Notes under the pieces: model-generated | The model's input: only the letters and a program-made list of their open reading frames with translations | Told to the model about the DNA's origin: nothing | The model's database searches: none | In this document: positions 23,183-32,913 of the stretch, one piece after another | How positions within the stretch are numbered: the first letter of the stretch is position 1 | Layout of the letters: every line of letters starts with the position of its first letter | Position numbers and translations under genes: made by a program | Origin: Mobula hypostoma | Lineage: Eukaryota | Assembly (NCBI RefSeq): GCF_963921235.1 | Contig: NC_086097.1 | Coordinates: 103,728,001-103,792,000 of the forward strand | DNA length: 64,000 nt | Direction of reading: 5' to 3'

Positions 23183-23993
23183 AATTCAGTGGCCACTTTA
23201 TTAGTTACCTCTTGTACCAGTGAGGGTATGATCGTGGTCTTCTGCTGCTGTAGCCATCTACATCAAGGTTCAATGTGTTGTGTATTCAGAAATACTCCTC
23301 TGCACACCACTATTGTAACACGCGGTTATTTGAGTTACTGTCACCTTCCTCTTAATTTGGAACAGTCTGGTCACTCTCCTCTGACCTCTCTCATTATCAA
23401 GGTAACTTCATCCACAGAGCTGCCTGTATCATTAGATTTTTTTTTGTTTTTCACACCACTTTGGAAACTGTTGTGCATAAAAATCCTGGTGATCAGCAGT
23501 TTTTGAGATACTCAAACCACCCTGACTAGTACCAACAATCATTCCACAGTCAAACTTACTTAGACCACATTTCTTTCCCATTCTGACATTTGATCTGAAC
23601 TACTGAACCTCTTGACCATGTGGGCATCATTGCAGCATAGCGGTTTGTGCAATGCTATTACAGCTTGGGGTGTCTGAGGTTGGAGTTCAATCCCAGTGTC
23701 CTCTGTAAGGAGTTTCAGTACATCCTCCCCATGGAATGTGTGGGTTTCCCCCAGGTGCTCCAGTTTTCTCCCACAGTCCAAATGTGTATCAGGTAAGTTA
23801 ACTGATCATTAGAAATTGTCCCGTGATTGGGTTAGGGTTAAATTGGGGTTGTCAGGGGTTACTGGCAATGTGGCTCAAAGCTGTATCTCCAAATAAATAA
23901 AATGAATGTCTATGTTCTCATGCATTGAGATGCTGCCACATGACTGGCTACTTGCATTATCAAACAGGTGTAACTAAAAAAGTGGCCACTGTG
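23183..23993. mobile_element. Internally deleted Tc1-type DNA transposon containing a SINE
   Basis: Inverted ends CAGTGGCCACTTTATTAGTTAC and GTAACTAAAAAAGTGGCCACTG, flanked by TA. Confidence 0.75.
23622..23902 (+). mobile_element. tRNA-derived V-SINE (HE1-like), decayed
   Basis: Degenerate A box (GCAGCATAGCGG) and B box (GGAGTTCAATCCC); V-domain-like GTGGGTTTCCCCCAGGTGCTCCAGTTTTCTCCCACAGTCCAAA; AAAT-repeat tail. Confidence 0.75.
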
Positions 23994-24349
23994 TATCTCT
24001 CTTCTGCATCCCAAAAGTATTAGAATTTGACTGCTCAACCTGATGCAAGAATTCTAAATGACATTAATCATAAAACAAGTTTCGGATGACAGGCCTGTCT
24101 ATGAAGGCTGAATTGTTTTTAGCACATAGTAATAAGAACAATTTTCAGAAACATTTACATCTGCATTAGGCTTTTGTAAGCTACCTAGAAACATACTCAG
24201 AGGACAGACATGCAGCACCACAACATGAGCAGTGGCTAAAGTACCTGTAGGCGTCGCATGAAAATAAACAACATGCAATGTTACAAAGTCAGTATCAATT
24301 CCATAGCTTGTATGCCTGAAGGTACAGACATTTATCAGTAACTCTTCTA

Positions 24350-25275
24350 TGCTACATTCAGTTCACCTCAAGTTGATTGTCTATATACATGTACAGTGTA
24401 TAATGTATATAATCATATAAAGTATACAGAAATGAGACAAAGTTTCTTCAAACCAGGGTGTAAAGCACAGTAGTACACATAACACACGATAACTTATGAA
24501 GTTAAGGATAAAATCTACAGATGAATCACATATAAATATCAAACTAAAGTGCATTAGTTTTAAATATTGGAAGGTACAAAACAGATTAACCAGTGAGACT
24601 TCAAATATGATGCGGCAGGGAGTTCAGAAGCCTCATGGCCTGGGGGAAGAAACTGTTTCCCATCCCGACTGTTCTTATTTTTATGCATCGTAGTCTCCTG
24701 CCTGATGGTAGAAAGTCAAAGATGGATGGATGGTATCCCTAATAATACTAAGGGCCCTGCGTATACAATGCTCCTGATAAATGTCCCTGATGGATGGTAG
24801 GAATACCCCTATGATCCTCTCAGTTGTTCTCACAGTTCTTTGTAGGGACTTCTGGTCAGATACCGACTGCCCCCATGCCAGATGGACATGCAACTTGTCA
24901 GGATGGTCTCAATGGTGTTCCTGTAAAACGCAGTTAAGATGGGGGTTGGGAGCCTTGCTTGCCTCAATCTTCTAAGGAAGTGGAGGTGCTACTGTGCTTC
25001 CTTGTTCAGGGAGGTGATATTAAGGGACCAGGTGAGGTCATCTGTAACGTGAACTCCCAGGAACTTAGTGCACTTAACTCTCTCTATGGAAGAGCCATGT
25101 ATTCACAAAGGGGGATGGTTCATCTGCACCTTCCTAAATTCCACAATAATTTCCTTTGTCTTTTCCACATTCAGGCTTAGGTTGTTCATCTCACACCAAT
25201 CTACCAGCCACTCCACTTCCCTACTATACTCCGTCTCGCCATCATTCTTGATAAGGCCAACCACTGTTGTATCAC
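24350..25275 (-). mobile_element. Rex1/Babar LINE 3' portion
   Basis: DTTVVGLIKNDGETEY...NNLSLNVEKTKE (ORF 25103-25324) and KSLQRTVRTTERIIG. Confidence 0.8.
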
Positions 25276-25500
25276 TGAATCTGTGGAATGCTCTGCCACC
25301 GACAGCAGTCGAGGCCAAGTCCATGGGTATATTTAAAGTGGAAGCTGATATTATTTCCTGACTGATCAGGTCATCAAAGGATATGGCAAGAAGGCAGGTG
25401 TATTAGGTTGAGTGGGATCAAGGATCAGCCATGATGGAATGGTGGAGCAGACTTGATGGGCTGAATGGCCTAATTCTGCTCCAATGTCTTATGGTCTTAT
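25276..25500 (+). mobile_element. CR1 3' end fragment
   Basis: LNLWNALPPTAVEAKS followed by a 3' UTR ending tcttatggtcttat. Confidence 0.75.
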
Positions 25501-25599
25501 TCCTTGATGTTAACATGATTGCCATAAGTAGCAGCCTCTCCTTTCATTATACGAACTGGAGAATGTTCAACAGTCATGCAGTGCAGAGACTGCACCCTC

Positions 25600-26115
25600 A
25601 GGCCAGGTTTTCACCACTTTTAGAACTGGTTTAACCCATTTGATCATTGATTTGCATGCTAATTAACATCATAGATAAGTGATCAGAGAGTCCAGTGGTG
25701 GGGGGGGGTTTGAAGGACTGCTTTATAAGCATCTAGTATGTTAGTGTAAACCATGTCCAGTGCATTTTTATCTCTGGTAGCAAAATCGACATGCTGGTGG
25801 AACTTAGGCATGACCGACTTTGGGTTCGCATGTTTAAAATCACCTGCAATTATGAAGATAACATCAGAATGTCTGGTTTGAAAGTCACTGATGGCGTTGT
25901 AGAGCTCGTGCAGTGCCTTGCTGGCATTAACAAGGGGGGGATATTTACAGCTACCAACACAATTGTAGTGCGCTCCCCCAATATACAAAATAGTCTGTAC
26001 TTCACAAAAATGAACTTAATCATTGGTGAGCAATGGGATGCCACTGCTAAAGCGACTGTACACCAATTTTTATTTATATAAGTACAGATAACATTACTGC
26101 AGGTCTTGCCTGAGA
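25600..26115 (-). mobile_element. Rex1/Babar APE endonuclease fragment
   Basis: IIAGDFKHAN...HQHVDFATRDKNALDMVYTN (ORF 25683-25988). Confidence 0.7.
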
Positions 26116-26129
26116 TCAATTTGCACAAT

Positions 26130-26857
26130 CACAACACGCTGGAAGAACTCAGCAGGTCGGGCAGCATCCGTGGAAACAATCAATCAACGTTTCCGGCCAG
26201 AACCCTTCGTCAGGACTGAAGAGGGAAGGGGCAGAGGCCCTATAAAGAAGGTGGGGGAGAGTGGGAAGGAGAAGGCTGGTAACCCGACGTAGATTGCAGG
26301 ACTGCTTCGTTGAGTACCTCCGCTCTGTCCGCCACAACAGACAGGATCTCCTGGTTGCCACCCACTTCAACTCTGCTTTACATTTCCATTTGGATATGTC
26401 CATACGGATATGTCCATACATGGCCTCCTCTACTGCCATGATGAGGCTACCAAGGGGCTGGAGACTACCAAGACAGTATATGAGGTGTTGCTCCTCCAAC
26501 CTGAGTTTAGCCTCATCATGGCAGTAGAGGAGGCCATGTATGGACATATCCGAATGGGAATGTGAAGCAGAGTTGAAGTGGGTGGCAACCGGGAGATCCT
26601 GTCTGTTGCGGTGGACGGAATGGAGGTGCTCAACGAAGCGGTCCCCCAATCTGTGTTGAGTTACCAGCCTTCTCCTTCCCACCCACCCCGCACCTTCTTT
26701 ATAGGACTTCTGCCCCTTCCCTCTTCAGTCCTGATTAAGGGTTCCAGCCCGAAACGTTGACTGATCGTTTCCACAGATGCTGCCAGACCTGCTGAGTTCC
26801 TCCAGCGTGTTGTGAGTGTTGCTTTGACCCCAGCATCTGCAGAGTATTTTGTGTTTA
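26130..26857. mobile_element. Penelope-derived ~730-bp fold-back insertion with GIY-YIG C-terminal fragments and two degenerate hammerhead motifs
   Basis: 13-bp TSD CAATTTGCACAAT at 26117-26129 and 26858-26870; RLGDRFVEHL...PVATHFNS-like peptide on both strands; terminal arms inverted. Confidence 0.85.
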
Positions 26858-26883
26858 CAATTTGCACAATATAGTGTTTTTTT

Positions 26884-27690
26884 ACCATAGGACCAGAAAA
26901 CAGAGGAGAAGCATTAGGCAAGTTGACCCATTGAGTCTGTTCCGCCATTTGATCATGGCTGATTTATTATCCCTCTCCCCATAACCTTTGACTCTCTTAC
27001 TAATCAAAAACCTATCAACCTCTGCTTTAAATATACCCAATGACTTGGCCTCCACAACCATCTGTGGCAATAAAACCCATAGATTTACCACTCTCTGGCT
27101 AAAAGAATTCCTTCTCATCTCTGTTGTAAAGAGACATCCTACTCTGAGGCTGTGCCCTCTGGTCCTAGACTTGCCCACTATTGGAAATACCCTCTCCACA
27201 TCCACTCTATTTTGTCTTCTCAATATCTGGTAGGTTTCAGAGATGCTCCCATCCTCATTCTTCTAAACTCCAGTGAGTACAGCCCCAGAGCCATCAAATC
27301 TCCTTGTACGATATCCCTTTCATTCCCAGGATCGTTTTTATAAAGCTCCTCTGAACCCTTTCCAATGCCAACACATCTTTTGTTAGATATGGGGTGCAAA
27401 ACTGCTCACAACACTCCAAATGTTTTCTGATCAATGCCTTATAAAGCCACAGCATTACACCCTCGTCTTCTCAAAAAGAAGGCCAACATTGCATTTGCTT
27501 TTCCTTATTACCAACTCAACTTGCAAGTTAACCTTTAGGGAATCCTGCACTACGACTCACAGGTGTTTTTGTATCTCCAATTTCTGAATTTGCTTTCTGT
27601 TTAGAAAAATGGCCTGCCCCTTTATTTCTTTGACCAAAGTGCATGAAAGTACGCTTCCCTACACTATTTTGCTATTGCTATTATTTGCTC
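26884..27690 (-). mobile_element. CR1 3' portion
   Basis: ORF 26882-27223 (SRTRGHSLR...QRVVNLW). Confidence 0.8.
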
Positions 27691-28519
27691 CCCTGCTACA
27701 CAAATGAGGCTTAAGATAACATTGCTAAGCAAGTCTACATACATTTACAATTTCTCAGTAGAAAAACATAGAATATACCGCAATGCTAGATAAATAATGT
27801 CTATGGATTCAAAATTCTGGTTGGGAACTGACCCAAGAAAATCAATTGCTCCTGAGGTACTGTAAAACTAACAGGCCAAGCCTCTAGGGGATTTGAAAGT
27901 TGGAGCTGCAGTTTTCAAAGGATGGACTCAGAAGGAGAAACATTTGTATTGTGTGCAGTTGGGAAATAAATGTAGCTGATAAAATCTCTTGCTGACGTAG
28001 ATTATGAAAGTAAGAGAGGCTGATTGGAAATATGCACAGGATAAGACCAATACAGGGAAGGCAAGAGGGCAATAAATGAAATGAGTGAAGTGCAGGGAAA
28101 GCCAGAAACAGAATACAGTATTGTCTCTTGACAGAGGAGAGGAGAGGGCAGATGATATCGAGTAGAAACTACGTAAAGTTGCAAGTTCGACATTACAAAT
28201 GCAAAAATGGAAATCCCAGCAAAAATGTTAGTGCCTTTGTCATTTCATTCTTAAGCTCAAGACCATCTATCTTCATGGCAGTGAAGTTATAGATTTTAAA
28301 TGGTGAAGGAGAGGCAATGACGAGGCTCTTATTAATTCAAAGCTCAGACAGGGTTTGAATGATCCAGAAAAATCTGAGGACTTTGAAAAATCTTACTGAA
28401 GAGAAAGGTATAAAGAACTAGCACATAGTATGAAGGTGACTGCTGTCATGGATTAAAAATGCCATTCTGGAACAGAATATCCAAGCCATTTGTTATTTGT
28501 TATAAATCAAGTCCCACAT

Positions 28520-29185
28520 CAAGCTCAGTTGTGACAGGGCTTACATGCTGTAACAGGCTACAAAACAAAGTAGGGTGGCATTGCCAAAAGCAGCCCTTCC
28601 CTTGCCAATGAGCCCATGGATATTTTGAATGAAAAGGAATGGTTACAACACCACCCACCTGACAGTGTCCAGTGAAACTAAGCCCAGAGTCACAATTGAG
28701 GATGTAAGATCAGTCTTCCTAATGGAAAGCGTCAGGCCAGGATGTGTCCCTGGTCATGTCCTTAGATCCTCTGTAGCTCAGCCGGCAGGAGTATCTGCAG
28801 ACATGTTTAACCTCTCCTTGTTTCAATCTGTGCTCACCACATGCTTTAAGACCACTATCATTCTTGTAACTTAGAAAGACAAGATAATGTGCCTTCATGA
28901 CTACTACCCAATGGCTCCAATATTTACCACCATTAAGTGCTTTGAGAAACTAATCACGGCATGCCTTAACCCCAGCAAAACACAAAAAATACTGCCTGGC
29001 CTGCTGAGTTCTTCCAGCATTTTGTGTGTGTTGCCTGGATTTCCAATATCTGCAGGTTTCCTCTTGTTTATGCCTTAACCCCAGCCTTCCATACAACATT
29101 GACTCACCACAATTCACCTACTGCCGACATATACCTACGGTGAATGCCACCTCCCTCATCTTACACTTATCTCTGGAACATCTAG
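28520..29185 (+). mobile_element. Decayed Rex1/Babar fragment
   Basis: ADMFNLSLFQS..TCFKTTI and CLHDYYPMAP..IKCFEKL remnants. Confidence 0.7.
28977..29069. mobile_element. Penelope-derived terminal fragment with a very short inverted stub
   Basis: 16-bp TSD ATGCCTTAACCCCAGC at 28961-28976 and 29070-29085; similar to the termini of the 26130 and 44364 elements. Confidence 0.75.
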
Positions 29186-31240
29186 ACAAGGAAATCAGGA
29201 GGACTAAAAGAAGATGTGAAGTTGCCTTAACAAGGTTAAGGAAAATCCAAAGGGGTTCTACAGATATGTTAAGAGCAAAAGGATTGCAAGGGACCAGATT
29301 GATCCTCTGGAAGATCATAATGGTACTCCATATATGGAGTCAAAAGAGGGGGGAGATCTTAAATGCACTTTTTGCATCTGTATTTACTCAGGAGATTGAC
29401 AAAGTCTGTACAAGTAAGACAAACGGCATCAACTTCATTGACTCTATACAGATTACAGAGGAGGAGGTGTTTGCTGTCTTGATGCAAATTAGGGTGGATA
29501 AGTCCCCGGGGCTTCACAAGGCGCTCCTTGGATCCTGCGGGAGGCAAGTCCACAAATTGCTGAGGCCCTGGTAGAAATATTTAAATCATCCTGAGCAACA
29601 GAACAGGCAACAGGGGGATTGGAGGATAGCCAATCTTGTTTCACTGTTTAAGAAAGGCTCTAAAAATAACCAGGAAGTTATAGGCCAGTGAGCCTGACAT
29701 CAGTAGTGGGAAAGTTATTGGAAGGTATTCTAAAGGGACCAGATATATGAATATTTGGATAGACATGGTTAAGGATAGTCAACATGGCTTCCTGTGTGGT
29801 ACGTCGTGTCTAACCAATCTTAAGAGTGTTTTCAAGGAAGTTACCAGGAAAGTGATGAAGGCAAGGCAGTGGATGTTGTCTACAAGAACTTCAGCAAGGC
29901 ATCTGACAAGGTCCCACGTGGAAGGTTAGTCAAGAAGGTTCATTCGCTTAGCATTCAAGATGAGGTAGTAAACTGGATTAAACATCGACTTCGTGGGACA
30001 AACCAGAGAGAAGTAGTAAATAGTTTCCTCTCTGCCTAGAGGCCTGTGACCAATGGAGTGCCGCAGGGATGAGTGCTGGATCTGTTGTTGTTTGTCATCT
30101 ATATCAATGATCTGGATGATAATGTAGTTAAATGGATCAACAAACTGGCAGACAACAACAAAATTGGGGGTGCAATGGACAGTGACAAAAGCTATCATAG
30201 CTTGCAGAGGGATCTGGATGAGCTGGAAAAATGGGCTAAAAAAATGGCAGATGGAATTTAATGCAGACAAATGCAAGATGTTGCATTTCAGTAGAACCAA
30301 CCTGGGTAGGTCTTACACAGTGAATGGCAGGAGTGTGGTAGAACAAAGAGATCTGGGAATAGGTTTTTTTTAAGCCCCTAACTCCAAGTGGAGTCATCCG
30401 GATGCCGTCATGATGGCGTATTTTTAGCAGGCTTTCTTATTTTTACGAGGCTGAGTTGCTAGCTCGACGCTCAACCCAGCACGGATGGAAAGTGTGCAAG
30501 GGAGCCGGCTGGATTCGAACTCCGGAGCATTCGCTCCGGAGTTCGGCGCTGATGCCACTATGCCACCAGCCGGCCATCTGGGAATAGTAGTCCATAATTA
30601 ATTGAAATCAGTGTCACAGGTAGATAGGGTTGTAAAGAAAGTTCCACTGGCCTTCAAAAATCAAAGTATTGATACAGGAGATGGGATGTTACGTTGAAGT
30701 TGTATGAGACATTGGGGAGGCCTGTTTGGAATAGTGTGTGCAGTTTTGGTCACCTATCTACAGGAAAGATGTAAATAAGGTTGAAAGAGTACAGAGAAAA
30801 TTTACAAGGATGTTGCTGGGTATGGAGGAGCTGAGTTTATTGAAAGATTGAATAGATTAAGACCTTATTCCTTGGAATGTACAAGATTGAGAGGAGATTT
30901 GACAGAGGCATACAAAATTATGAGGGCTATAGATAGGGTAAATGCAAGTAGGCTTTTTCCACTGAGGTTAGGAGGGACTAAAACTGGAGGTCATGGGTTA
31001 AGGGTGAAAAGTGAGGTTTAAGGGGAACATGAAGAGAAGTATGTCTTCAGAGGGTTGTGAGAGTGTGGAACAAGCTGCTAGAGCATGCAAGCTCAATATC
31101 AACGTTTAAGAGAAATTTAGATAGGTACGTGGATAGTAGGGGTATGGCCCCAGTGCAGGTCAATAGGAGTAAGCATATTAAATGGTTCTGCATGGATTAG
31201 ATGGGCCAAATGGCCTGCTACTGTGCCATACTTTTCTATG
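29186..31240 (+). mobile_element. 5'-truncated CR1 LINE, decayed, containing a SINE
   Basis: LNALFASVFT, QHGFLCGTSCLTNL and LLFVIYINDLDD motifs; CR1 3' UTR. Confidence 0.85.
30363..30575 (-). mobile_element. Young tRNA-derived SINE
   Basis: 12-bp TSD ATCTGGGAATAG at 30351-30362 and 30576-30587; on the minus strand, A box TGGCATAGTGG, B box GAGTTCGAATCC and an A8 tail; CpG-rich. Confidence 0.85.
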
Positions 31241-31741
31241 ACCCTACCTACTCCATGCATTCTCTTTCTCCTCTTCCATTGAGATTACATAAAAGCCTGA
31301 AAGCACTTACCACCAGGCTCAAGGACAGTTTTACTCTCCTGTTAAATGGTTCCCTAGAGCCCTCAGAAGTCACTTGTAAAATGGAATCTTGACTTCACAG
31401 TCTACATTGTTAGCATTTTGTTCACCTGCACTGTACTATGTAGCTGCAATACGATAGTGTTATTATTTTACTTTATTCTCTCTCAATACACTGTAATGAC
31501 TTGATCTGCATGCAAGACAAGCTTTTCATGACTTTGGTACATGCGATTCAATGATTCAAAGTATATTACCAATGTATAAATAACACAACCTTGAGATTTG
31601 ACTGCTTACAGGGAGCCACAAAGAAAGAAACTAAAAGAACCCAAGTAAAGGGGTCGAAGCAAGCAGCTGAAGAAGGGAGTGGAAGAAACCGGGTAGAAAA
31701 AGTCTTTTTTTTAAACACTGCTCGGGGAGAAGGGTCTGCAC

Positions 31742-31778
31742 TGCGCAGGCGCGTGACGTAGCGCGCCAAAGTTTAAAA
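31742..31778 (+). promoter_or_regulatory. Putative CR1 internal Pol II promoter module
   Basis: TGCGCAGGCGC (NRF1-like), TGACGT (CRE/ATF core), GCGCGCCAAA (E2F, reverse) and TTTAAAA within 37 bp; motif match only. Confidence 0.45.
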
Positions 31779-31923
31779 GCAGACCACCATATACAGCGGC
31801 CATCGTCGGAGTGGACTGAGTCAGAGTGGGACGGCTTTGGTTCAAACAGGCTTCGGCGAGAACAGGCAAAGGCCACGGTAGGTTCCGGTAAGTTTTTTGT
31901 TCAGATTGTCTAGCGCAGAGAGA

Positions 31924-32913
31924 ATGCCAGGCAGGATGTTAGAATGCTCCTCTTGCAGGATGTGGGAAGTCAGGGAGCCCTCCGGTGTCCCTGACAACGA
32001 CACCTGCAAGAAGTGCATCCAGCTGCAGCTCCTAACAAACCGCGTTAGGGAACTGGAGCAGGAGCTGGATGACCTGCGGATCATTCGGGAGAATGAGGAG
32101 TTTATAGATAGTAGCTACAGGGAGGTAGTTACGCCAAAGGAGCAGAGGACAGGAAATTGGGTCACTGTCAGATGAGGGAAGAGGAAATGGCAGACAGAGC
32201 AGGGTTCCCCTGTGGCCATTCCCCTCAACAACAAGTATACCGCATTGGATACTGTTGGGGGGGATGACTTACCTGGGACAAGCTGCAGTAGCCGGATCTC
32301 TGGCACTGAGTCTGGCTCTGCAGTGCAGAAGGGAGGGTGGAAAAAGAGGAGAGCAGTAGTGATAGGGGACTCGATAGTTAGAGGTACAGATAGGAGGTTC
32401 TGTGGTCGTGACAGAGAATCCAGGATGGTTTGTTGCCTCCCGGGTGCCAGGGTCAAGGATGTCTCTGATCGATTGCATGACATTCTGAAGTGGGAGGGTG
32501 ATCAGCCAGATGTCATGGTGCATATCGGTACCAATGACATAGCAAGGAAGTGTGAGGAGGTCCTGGAGAGTGAGTATAGGGAGCTTGGTAGGAAGTTGAA
32601 AAGCAGGACCTCGAGGGTGGTAATCTCAGGATTGCTACCTGTGCTAGGTGCCAGTGAGGGTAAGAATAGGATGCTCTGGAGGATGAACAAGTGGCTGAGG
32701 AACTGGTGTAGGGGGCAGGGTTTCAGATTTCAGGATCATTGGGACCTCTTCTGGGGCAGGTGGGACCTGTACAAGAGATACGGGTTACACTTGAACTACA
32801 GGGGGACCAATATCCTTTCAGGGAGGTTTGTTAGTGCTGTTGGGGAGGCTTTAAACTGGATTTGCAGGGGGATGGGAACCAGAGTGCCAGAGCTGACAGT
32901 GTGGCTGGGGTGA
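31924..32913 (+). pseudogene. CR1 ORF1p: zinc finger and coiled coil plus SGNH esterase, one premature stop
   Basis: CSSC..CKKC, LTNRVRELEQELDDL, GDSIVR, HIGTNDI, GLHLN; ORFs 31897-32175 and 32212-32913 are in the same frame, separated by TGA at 32173-32175. Confidence 0.88.

Noticed and set aside
30500..30575. tRNA gene
   Set aside because: A and B boxes belong to a SINE head with body, A tail and TSD; the same holds for 23622-23700.
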